In this document: piece after piece, positions 40,701 to 52,500 of the stretch
Layout of the letters: every line of letters starts with the position of its first letter
How positions within the stretch are numbered: the first letter of the stretch is position 1
Assembly: GCA_043228905.1 (NCBI GenBank)
Contig: JBHGNT010000042.1
Coordinates: 124,001-188,000, forward strand
From: Azolla caroliniana
Lineage: Eukaryota; Plantae; Polypodiophyta
Length of the DNA: 64,000 nt
Direction of reading: 5' to 3'
Made by a program: the position numbers and the translations under genes
The notes under the pieces: model-generated
Told to the model about the DNA's origin: nothing
The model's database searches: none
What the model saw: the letters and a program-made list of their open reading frames with translations, nothing else

Positions 40701-43020
40701 ACATGAATAAATTAGCAAATTTGAGGAGGGAGTTGACAAGAGCAACTAGGTAAATTAAAATCTTCATACCTGGCTCCTGTGATATCGGATTTATGTGTTC
40801 AAACATGCGAATCGAAGCTAATAACACTATCTCTTATATGGAATTAAAAAATCAAGATTTTGAAACTCATCTCGAAAGACATGAAGAAATTAGCAAATTT
40901 GAGGAGGTAGTGAAGAAGATCGCGTTAGTAAATGAAAATGTTCATACCTGGCTCGTGTGATATCGGATTTTTGTGTTCAAACATACGAATCGAAGCTAAC
41001 AACGCTAGCTCTAATACGGAATTAAAAAATCATGATTTTGAAACTCAGGTCGAGAGACATGAAGAAATTAGCAAATATGAGGCGGGAGTTGACAAGACTA
41101 AGTAGGTAAATTAAAATGTTCATACCTGGCTCGTGTGATATCCGATTTCTGTGTTTTAAAATGCGAATCGAAGCTAACAACGCTAGCTCTGATATGGAAT
41201 TAAAAAATCAAGATTTTGAAACTCACCTTGAGAGAGATGAAGAAATTAGCAAATTTGAGGAGGTAGTGGAGAAGAGCGCGTTAGTAAATTAAAATGTTCA
41301 TACCTGGCTCGTGTGATATCGGATTTTTATGTTTAAGCATGCGAATCGAAGCTAATAACGCTATCTCTGATTTGAAATTAAAAAATCAAGATTTTGAAAC
41401 TCAGGTCGAGAGACATGAAGAAATTAGCAAATTTGAGGAGCGAGTTTAGAAGAGCGCGTTAGTAAATTAAAATGTTCATACCTGGCTTCTGTGACATTGG
41501 ATTTCTGTGTTCAAACATGCGAATCGAAGTTAACAACGCTTGCTATAATATGGAGTAAAAAAATCAAGATTTTGAAACTCAGGTCGAGAGACATGAATAA
41601 ATTAGCAAATTTGAGGAGGGAGTTGACAAGAGCAACTAGGTAAATTAAAATCTTCATACCTGGCTCCTGTGATATCGGATTTATGTGTTCAAACATGCGA
41701 ATCGAAGCTAATAACACTATCTCTTATATGGAATTAAAAAATCAAGATTTTGAAACTCATCTCGAAAGACATGAAGAAATTAGCAAATTTGAGGAGGTAG
41801 TGAAGAAGATCGCGTTAGTAAATGAAAATGTTCATACCTGGCTCGTGTGATATCGGATTTTTGTGTTCAAACATACGAATCGAAGCTAACAACGCTAGCT
41901 CTAATACGGAATTAAAAAATCATGATTTTGAAACTCAGGTCGAGAGACATGAAGAAATTAGCAAATATGAGGCGGGAGTTGACAAGACTAAGTAGGTAAA
42001 TTAAAATGTTCATACCTGGCTCGTGTGATATCCGATTTCTGTGTTTTAAAATGCGAATCGAAGCTAACAACGCTAGCTCTGATATGGAATTAAAAAATCA
42101 AGATTTTGAAACTCACCTTGAGAGAGATGAAGAAATTAGCAAATTTGAGGAGGTAGTGGAGAAGAGCGCGTTAGTAAATTAAAATGTTCATACCTGGCTC
42201 GTGTGATATCGGATTTTTATGTTTAAGCATGCGAATCGAAGCTAATAACGCTATCTCTGATTTGAAATTAAAAATTCAAGATTTTGAAACTCAGGTCGAG
42301 AGACATGAAGAAATTAGCAAATATGAGGAGGTAGTGGAGAAGAGCGCGTTAGTAAATTAAAATGTTCATACCTGGCTCGTGTGATATCGGATTTCTGTGT
42401 TTAAACATGCGAATCGAAGCTAATAACGCTATCTCTGTGACATTGGATTTCTGTGTTCAAACATGCGAATCGAAGTTAACAACGCTTGCTATAATATGGA
42501 CTAAAAAAATCAAGATTTTGAAACTCAGGTCGAGAGACATGAATAAATTAGCAAATTTGAGGAGGGAGTTGACAAGAGCAACTAGGTAAATTAAAATCTT
42601 CATACCTGGCTCCTGTAATATCGGATTTATGTGTTCAAACATGCGAATCGAAGCTAATAACACTATCTCTTATATGGAATTAAAAAATCAAGATTTTGAA
42701 ACTCATCTCGAAAGACATGAAGAAATTAGCAAATTTGAGGAGGTAGTGGAGAAGATCGCGTTTGTAAATGAAAATGTTCATACCTGGCTCGTGTGATATC
42801 GGATTTTTGTGTTCAAACATACGAATCGAAGCTAACAACGCTAGCTCTAATACGGAATTAAAAAATCATGATTTTGAAACTCAGGTCGAGAGACATGAAG
42901 AAATTAGCAAATATGAGGCGGGAGTTGACAAGACTAAGTAGGTAAATTAAAATGTTCATACCTGGCTCGTGTGATATCCGATTTCTGTGTTTTAAAATGC
43001 GAATCGAAGCTAACAACGCT
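37770..43020. repeat. 5-mer higher-order repeat, unit 890 bp, about 6 copies (array II)
   Basis: ORFs at 37951, 38841, 39731, 40621 and 41511 are 890 apart, then 42457 (890 + 56). Confidence 0.95.
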
Positions 43021-43049
43021 AGCTCTAATATGAAATTAAAAAATCAAGA

Positions 43050-46000
43050 TTTTGAAACTCAGGTCGAGAGACATGAAGAAATTAGCAAATTTGAGGGGAG
43101 AGTTTAGAAGAGCGCGTTAGTAAATTAAAATGTTCATACCTGGCTTCTGTTATATTGGATTTCTGTGTTCAAACATGCGAATCGAAATTAACATCGGTTA
43201 TTTTAATATGGAATAAAAAAATCAAGATTTTGAAACTCAGGTCGAGAGACCTGAATAAATTAGCAAATTTGAGGCGGGAGTTGACAAGAGCAACTAGGGA
43301 AATTAAAATGTTCATAACTGGCTCCTGTGATATCGGATTTCTGTGTTCAAACATGCGAATCGAAGCTAATAACGCCATCTCTAATATGAAAATAAAAAAT
43401 CAAGATTTTGAAACTCATCTCGAAAGACATGAAAAAATTAGCAAATTTGAGGAGGTAGTGGAGAAGATCGCGTTAGTAAATCAAAATGTTCATACCTGGC
43501 TCGTGTGATATCGGATTTTTGTGTTCAAACATGCGAATCGAAGCTAATAATGCTATCTCTAATATGGAATTAAAAAATCAAGATTTGGAAACTCAGGTCG
43601 AGAGACATGAAGAAATTAGCAAATTTGAGGAGGTAGTGGAGAAGATCGCGCTAGTAAATTAAAATGTTCATACCTGGCTTGTGTGATATTGGATTTCTGT
43701 GTTTAAAAATGTGAATCGAAGCTAACACCGCGAGCTCTAATATGGAATTAAGAAATCAAGATTTTGAAACTCAGGTCGAGAGACATGAAGAAATTAGCAA
43801 ATTTGAGGAGGGAGTTTAGAAGAGCGCGTTAGTAAATTAAAATGTTCATACCTAGCTTCTGTGACATTGGATTTCTGTGTTCAAACATGCGAATCGAAGT
43901 TAACAACGCTTGCTATAATATGGAGTAAAAAAATCAAGATTTTGAAACTCAGGTCGAGAGACATGAATAAATTAGCAAATTTGAGGCGGGAGTGGACAAG
44001 AGCAACTAGGTAAATTAAAATGTTCATACCTGGCTCCTGTGATATCGGATTTATGTGTTCAAACATGCGAATCGAAGCTAATAACACTATCTCTAATATG
44101 GAATTAAAAAATCAAGATTTTGAAACTTAGGTCGAAAGACATGAAGAAATTAGCAAATTTGAGGAGGTAGTGGAGAAGATCGCGTTAGTAAATTAAAATG
44201 TTCATACCTGGCTCGTGTGATCTCGGATTTTTGTGTTCAAACATGCGAATCGAAGCTAATAACGCTATCTCTGATATGAAAATAAAAAATCAAGATTTTG
44301 AAACTCAGGTCGAGAGACATGAAGAAATTAGCAAATTTGAGGAGGGAGTTTAGAAGAGCGCGTTAGTAAATTAAAATGTTCATACCTGGCTTCTGTGACA
44401 TTGGATTTCTGTGTTCAAACATGCGAATCGAAGTTAACAACGCTTGCTATAATATGGAGTAAAAAAATCAAGATTTTGAAACTCAGGTCGAGAGACATGA
44501 ATAAATTAGCAAATTTGAGGCGGGAGTGGACAAGAGCAACCAGGTAAATTAAAATGTTCATACCTGGCTCCTGTGATATCGGATTTCTGTGTTCAAACCT
44601 GCGAATCGAAGCTAATAACGCTAGCTCTGATATAGAATTAAAAAATCAAGATTTTGAAACTCACCTCGAGAGAGATGAAGAAATTAGCAAATTTGAGGAG
44701 GTAGTGGAGAAGAGCGCGTTAGTAAATTAAAATGTTCATACCTGGCTCGTGTGATATCGGATTTCTGTGTTTAAAAATGCGAATCGAAGCTAACAACGCT
44801 AGCTCTGATATGGAATTAAAAAATCAAGATTTTGAGACTCACGTCGAGAGACATGAAGAAATTAGCAAATATGAGGCGGGAGTTGACAAGACCAAGTAGG
44901 TAAATTAAAATGTTCATACCTGGCTCGTGTGATATCGGATTTTTATGTTTAAGCATGCGAATCGAAGCTAATAACGCTAGCTCTGATATGGAATTAAAAA
45001 ATAAAGATTTTGAAACTCACCTTGAGAGAGATGAAGAAATTAGCAAATTTGAGGAGGGAGTTTAGAAGAGCCCGTTAGTAAATTAAAATGTTCAGACCTG
45101 GCTTCTGTGACATTAGATTTCTGTGTTCAAATATGCGAATCGAAGTTCACAACGCTTGCTATAATATGGAATAAAAAGATCAAGATTTTGAAACTCAGGT
45201 CGAGAGACATGAAGAAATTAGCAAATTTGAGGGGAGAGTTTAGAAGAGCGCGTTAGTAAATTAAAATGTTCATACCTGGCTTCTGTTATATTGGATTTCT
45301 GTGTTCAAACATGCGAATCGAAATTAACATCGGTTATTTTAATATGGAATAAAAAAATCAAGATTTTGAAACTCAGGTCGAGAGACCTGAATAAATTAGC
45401 AAATTTGAGGCGGGAGTTGACAAGAGCAACTAGGGAAATTAAAATGTTCATAACTGGCTCCTGTGATATCGGATTTCTGTGTTCAAACATGCGAATCGAA
45501 GCTAATAACGCCATCTCTAATATGAAAATAAAAAATCAAGATTTTGAAACTCATCTCGAAAGACATGAAAAAATTAGCAAATTTGAGGAGGTAGTGGAGA
45601 AGATCGCGTTAGTAAATCAAAATGTTCATACCTGGCTCGTGTGATATCGGATTTTTGTGTTCAAACATGCGAATCGAAGCTAATAATGCTATCTCTAATA
45701 TGGAATTAAAAAATCAAGATTTGGAAACTCAGGTCGAGAGACATGAAGAAATTAGCAAATTTGAGGAGGTAGTGGAGAAGATCGCGCTAGTAAATTAAAA
45801 TGTTCATACCTGGCTTGTGTGATATTGGATTTCTGTGTTTAAAAATGTGAATCGAAGCTAACACCGCGAGCTCTAATATGGAATTAAGAAATCAAGATTT
45901 TGAAACTCAGGTCGAGAGACATGAAGAAATTAGCAAATTTGAGGAGGGAGTTTAGAAGAGCGCGTTAGTAAATTAAAATGTTCATACCTAGCTTCTGTGA

Positions 46001-49000
46001 CATTGGATTTCTGTGTTCAAACATGCGAATCGAAGTTAACAACGCTTGCTATAATATGGAGTAAAAAAATCAAGATTTTGAAACTCAGGTCGAGAGACAT
46101 GAATAAATTAGCAAATTTGAGGCGGGAGTGGACAAGAGCAACTAGGTAAATTAAAATGTTCATACCTGGCTCCTGTGATATCGGATTTATGTGTTCAAAC
46201 ATGCGAATCGAAGCTAATAACACTATCTCTAATATGGAATTAAAAAATCAAGATTTTGAAACTTAGGTCGAAAGACATGAAGAAATTAGCAAATTTGAGG
46301 AGGTAGTGGAGAAGATCGCGTTAGTAAATTAAAATGTTCATACCTGGCTCGTGTGATCTCGGATTTTTGTGTTCAAACATGCGAATCGAAGCTAATAACG
46401 CTATCTCTGATATGAAAATAAAAAATCAAGATTTTGAAACTCAGGTCGAGAGACATGAAGAAATTAGCAAATTTGAGGAGGGAGTTTAGAAGAGCGCGTT
46501 AGTAAATTAAAATGTTCATACCTGGCTTCTGTGACATTGGATTTCTGTGTTCAAACATGCGAATCGAAGTTAACAACGCTTGCTATAATATGGAGTAAAA
46601 AAATCAAGATTTTGAAACTCAGGTCGAGAGACATGAATAAATTAGCAAATTTGAGGCGGGAGTGGACAAGAGCAACCAGGTAAATTAAAATGTTCATACC
46701 TGGCTCCTGTGATATCGGATTTCTGTGTTCAAACCTGCGAATCGAAGCTAATAACGCTAGCTCTGATATAGAATTAAAAAATCAAGATTTTGAAACTCAC
46801 CTCGAGAGAGATGAAGAAATTAGCAAATTTGAGGAGGTAGTGGAGAAGAGCGCGTTAGTAAATTAAAATGTTCATACCTGGCTCGTGTGATATCGGATTT
46901 CTGTGTTTAAAAATGCGAATCGAAGCTAACAACGCTAGCTCTGATATGGAATTAAAAAATCAAGATTTTGAGACTCACGTCGAGAGACATGAAGAAATTA
47001 GCAAATATGAGGCGGGAGTTGACAAGACCAAGTAGGTAAATTAAAATGTTCATACCTGGCTCGTGTGATATCGGATTTTTATGTTTAAGCATGCGAATCG
47101 AAGCTAATAACGCTAGCTCTGATATGGAATTAAAAAATAAAGATTTTGAAACTCACCTCGAGAGAGATGAAGAAATTAGCAAATTTGAGGAGGGAGTTTA
47201 GAAGAGCCCGTTAGTAAATTAAAATGTTCAGACCTGGCTTCTGTGACATTAGATTTCTGTGTTCAAATATGCGAATCGAAGTTCACAACGCTTGCTATAA
47301 TATGGAATAAAAAGATCAAGATTTTGAAACTCAGGTCGAGAGACATGAAGAAATTAGCAAATTTGAGGGGAGAGTTTAGAAGAGCGCGTTAGTAAATTAA
47401 AATGTTCATACCTGGCTTCTGTTATATTGGATTTCTGTGTTCAAACATGCGAATCGAAATTAACATCGGTTATTTTAATATGGAATAAAAAAATCAAGAT
47501 TTTGAAACTCAGGTCGAGAGACCTGAATAAATTAGCAAATTTGAGGCGGGAGTTGACAAGAGCAACTAGGGAAATTAAAATGTTCATAACTGGCTCCTGT
47601 GATATCGGATTTCTGTGTTCAAACATGCGAATCGAAGCTAATAACGCCATCTCTAATATGAAAATAAAAAATCAAGATTTTGAAACTCATCTCGAAAGAC
47701 ATGAAAAAATTAGCAAATTTGAGGAGGTAGTGGAGAAGATCGCGTTAGTAAATCAAAATGTTCATACCTGGCTCGTGTGATATCGGATTTTTGTGTTCAA
47801 ACATGCGAATCGAAGCTAATAATGCTATCTCTAATATGGAATTAAAAAATCAAGATTTGGAAACTCAGGTCGAGAGACATGAAGAAATTAGCAAATTTGA
47901 GGAGGTAGTGGAGAAGATCGCGCTAGTAAATTAAAATGTTCATACCTGGCTTGTGTGATATTGGATTTCTGTGTTTAAAAATGTGAATCGAAGCTAACAC
48001 CGCGAGCTCTAATATGGAATTAAGAAATCAAGATTTTGAAACTCAGGTCGAGAGACATGAAGAAATTAGCAAATTTGAGGAGGGAGTTTAGAAGAGCGCG
48101 TTAGTAAATTAAAATGTTCATACCTAGCTTCTGTGACATTGGATTTCTGTGTTCAAACATGCGAATCGAAGTTAACAACGCTTGCTATAATATGGAGTAA
48201 AAAAATCAAGATTTTGAAACTCAGGTCGAGAGACATGAATAAATTAGCAAATTTGAGGCGGGAGTGGACAAGAGCAACTAGGTAAATTAAAATGTTCATA
48301 CCTGGCTCCTGTGATATCGGATTTATGTGTTCAAACATGCGAATCGAAGCTAATAACACTATCTCTAATATGGAATTAAAAAATCAAGATTTTGAAACTT
48401 AGGTCGAAAGACATGAAGAAATTAGCAAATTTGAGGAGGTAGTGGAGAAGATCGCGTTAGTAAATTAAAATGTTCATACCTGGCTCGTGTGATCTCGGAT
48501 TTTTGTGTTCAAACATGCGAATCGAAGCTAATAACGCTATCTCTGATATGAAAATAAAAAATCAAGATTTTGAAACTCAGGTCGAGAGACATGAAGAAAT
48601 TAGCAAATTTGAGGAGGGAGTTTAGAAGAGCGCGTAAGTAAATTAAAATGTTCATACCTGGATTCTGTGACATTGGATTTCTGTGTTCAAACATGCGAAT
48701 CGAAGTTAACAACGCTTGCTATAATATGGAGTAAAAAAATCAAGATTTTGAAACTCAGGTCGAGAGACATGAATAAATTAGCAAATTTGAGGCGGGAGTG
48801 GACAAGAGCAACCAGGTAAATTAAAATGTTCATACCTGGCTCCTGTGATATCGGATTTCTGTGTTCAAACCTGCGAATCGAAGCTAATAACGCTAGCTCT
48901 GATATAGAATTAAAAAATCAAGATTTTGAAACTCACCTCGAGAGAGATGAAGAAATTAGCAAATTTGAGGAGGTAGTGGAGAAGAGCGCGTTAGTAAATT

Positions 49001-49480
49001 AAAATGTTCATACCTGGCTCGTGTGATATCGGATTTCTGTGTTTAAAAATGCGAATCGAAGCTAACAACGCTAGCTCTGATATGGAATTAAAAAATCAAG
49101 ATTTTGAGACTCACGTCGAGAGACATGAAGAAATTAGCAAATATGAGGCGGGAGTTGACAAGACCAAGTAGGTAAATTAAAATGTTCATACCTGGCTCGT
49201 GTGATATCGGATTTTTATGTTTAAGCATGCGAATCGAAGCTAATAACGCTAGCTCTGATATGGAATTAAAAAATAAAGATTTTGAAACTCACCTCGAGAG
49301 AGATGAAGAAATTAGCAAATTTGAGGAGGGAGTTTAGAAGAGCCCGTTAGTAAATTAAAATGTTCAGACCTGGCTTCTGTGACATTAGATTTCTGTGTTC
49401 AAATATGCGAATCGAAGTTAACAACGCTTGCTATAATATGGAATAAAAAGATCAAGATTTTGAAACTCAGGTCGAGAGAC
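43050..49480. repeat. 12-mer higher-order repeat, unit 2136 bp, 3 near-identical copies
   Basis: Identical ORFs at 43155/45291/47427 and 43881/46017/48153 are spaced 2136 = 12 x 178. Confidence 0.95.
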
Positions 49481-49559
49481 ATGAATAAATTAGCAAATTT
49501 GAGGCGGGAGTGGACAAGAGCAACTAGGTAAATTAAAATGTTCGTACCTGGCTCCTGTG

Positions 49560-52500
49560 ACATTGGATTTCTGTGTTCAAACATGCGAATCGAAGTTAAC
49601 AACGCTTGCTATAATATGGAGTAAAAAAATCAAGATTTTGAAACTCAGGTCGAGAGACATGAATAAATTAGCAAATTTGAGGCGGGAGTGGACAAGAGCA
49701 ACTAGGTAAATTAAAATGTTCGTACCTGGCTCCTGTGATATCGGATTTCTGTGTTCAAACCTGCGAATCGAAGCTAATAACGCTAGCTCTGATATGGAAT
49801 TAAAAAATCAAGATTTTGAAACTCACCTCGAGAGAGATGAAGAAATTAGCAAATTTGAGGAGGTAGTGGAGAAGAGCGCGTTAGTAAATTAAAATGTTCA
49901 TACCTGGCTCGTGTGATATCGGATTTCTGTGTTTAAAAATGCGAATCGAAGCTAACAACGCTAGCTCTGATATGGAATGAAAAAATCAAGATTTTGAAAC
50001 TCAGGTCGAGAGACATGAATAAATTAGCAAATTTGAGGAGGGAGTGGACAAGAGCAACTAGGTAAATTAAAATGTTCATACCTGGCTCCTGTGATATCGG
50101 ATTTATGTGTTCAAACATGCGAATCGAAGCTAATAACGGTATCTCTTATATGGAATTAAGAAATCAAGATTTTGAAACTCACCTCGAGAGACATGAAGAA
50201 AGTAGCAAATTTGAGGAGGTAGTAGAGAAGAGCGCGTTAGTAAATTAAAATGTTCATACCTGGCTCGTGTAATATCGGATTTCTGTGTTTAAAAATGCGA
50301 ATCGAAGCTAACAATGTTAGCTCTAATATTGGATTAAAAAATGAAGATTTTGAAACTCACCTCGAGAGAGATGAAGAAATTAGCAAATTTGAGGAGGTAG
50401 TGGAGAAGATCGCAATAGTAAATTAAAATGTTCATACCTGGCTTGTGTGATATTGGATTTCTGTGTTTAAAAATGTGAATCGAAGCTAACACCGCGAGCT
50501 CTAATATGGAATTAAAAAATCAAGATTTTGAAACTCAGGTCGAGAGCCATGAAGAAATTAGCATATTTGAGGAGGTAGTGGAGAAGAGCGCGTTAGTAAA
50601 TTAAAATGTTCATACCTGGCTCGTGTGATATCGGATTTCTGTGTTTAAACATGCGAATCGAAGCTAACAACGCTGGCTCTGATATGGAGTGAAAAAATCA
50701 AGATTTTGAAACTCAGGTCGAGAGACATGAATAAATTAGCAAATTTGAGGCGGGAGTTGACAAGAGCAACTAGGTAAATTAAAATGTTCATACCTGGCTC
50801 CTGTGATATCGGATTTATGTGTTCAAACATGCGAATCGAAGCTAATAACGGTATCTCTTATATGGAATTAAGAAATCAAGATTTTGAAACTCACCTCGAG
50901 AGACATGAAGAAAGTAGCAAATTTGAGGAGGTAGTGGAGAAGAGCGCGTTAGTAAATTAAAATGTTCATACCTGGCTCGTGTGATATCGGATTTCTGTGT
51001 TTAAAAATGCGAATCGAAGCTAACAACGCTAGCTCTAATATGGAATTAAAAAATCAAGATTTTGAAACTCAGGTCGAGAGACATGAAGAAATTAGCAAAT
51101 TTGAGGAGGGAGTTTAGAAGAGCGCGTTAGTAAATTAAAATGTTCATACCTGGCTTCTGTGACATTGGATTTCTGTGTTCAAACATGCGAATCGAAGTTA
51201 ACAACGCTTGCTATAATATGGAGTAAAAAAATCAAGATTTTGAAACTCAGGTCGAGAGACATGAATAAATTAGCAAATTTGAGGCGGGAGTGGACAAGAG
51301 CAAGTAGGTAAATTAAAATGTTCATACCTGGCTCCTGTGATATCGGATTTATGTGTTCAAACATGCGAATCGAAGCTAATAACACTATCTCTAATATGGA
51401 ATTAAAAAATCAAGATTTTGAAACTCAAGTCGAAAGACATAAAGAAATTAGCAAATTTGAGGAGGTAGTGGAGAAGATCGCGTTAGTAAATTAAAATGTT
51501 CATACCTGGCTTCTGTGATCTCGGATTTTTGTGTTCAAACATGCGAATCGAAGCTAATAACGCTATCTCTGATATGAAAATAAAAAATCAAGATTTTGAA
51601 ACTCAGGTCGAGAGACATGAAGAAATTAGCAAATTTGAGGAGGGAGTTTAGAAGAGCGCGTTAGTAAATTAAAATGTTCATACCTGGATTCTGTGACATT
51701 GAATTTCTGTGTTCAAACATGCGAATCGAAGTTAACAACGCTTGCTATAATATGGAGTAAAAAAATCAAGATTTTGAAACTCAGGTCGAGAGACATGAAT
51801 AAATTAGCAAATTTGAGGCGGGAGTGGACAAGAGCAACCAGGTAAATTAAAATGTTCATACCTGGCTCCTGTGATATCGGATTTCTGTGTTCAAACCTGC
51901 GAATCGAAGCTAATAACGCTAGCTCTGATATAGAATTAAAAAATCAAGATTTTGAAACTCACCTCGAGAGAGATGAAGAAATTAGCAAATTTGAGGAGGT
52001 AGTGGAGAAGAGCGCGTTAGTAAATTAAAATGTTCATACCTGGCTCGTGTGATATCGGATTTCTGTGTTTAAAAATGCGAATCGAAGCTAACAACGCTAG
52101 CTCTGATATGGAATTAAAAAATCAAGATTTTGAGACTCACGTCGAGAGACATGAAGAAATTAGCAAATATGAGGCGGGAGTTGACAAGACCAAGTAGGTA
52201 AATTAAAATGTTCATACCTGGCTCGTGTGATATCGGATTTTTATGTTTAAGCATGCGAATCGAAGCTAGTAACGCTAGCTCTGATATGGAATTAAAAAAT
52301 AAAGATTTTGAAACTCACCTCGAGAGAGATGAAGAAATTAGCAAATTTGAGGAGGGAGTTTAGAAGAGCCCGTTAGTAAATTAAAATGTTCAGACCTGGC
52401 TTCTGTGACATTAGATTTCTGTGTTCAAATATGCGAATCGAAGTTAACAACGCTTGCTATAATATGGAATAAAAAGATCAAGATTTTGAAACTCAGGTCG

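Noticed and set aside
43155-47780. Longest ORFs (117 aa x3; also 106 aa at 3567 and 14467)
   Set aside because: Chance read-through across two monomers in different monomer frames (178 is not divisible by 3). No recognisable domain.
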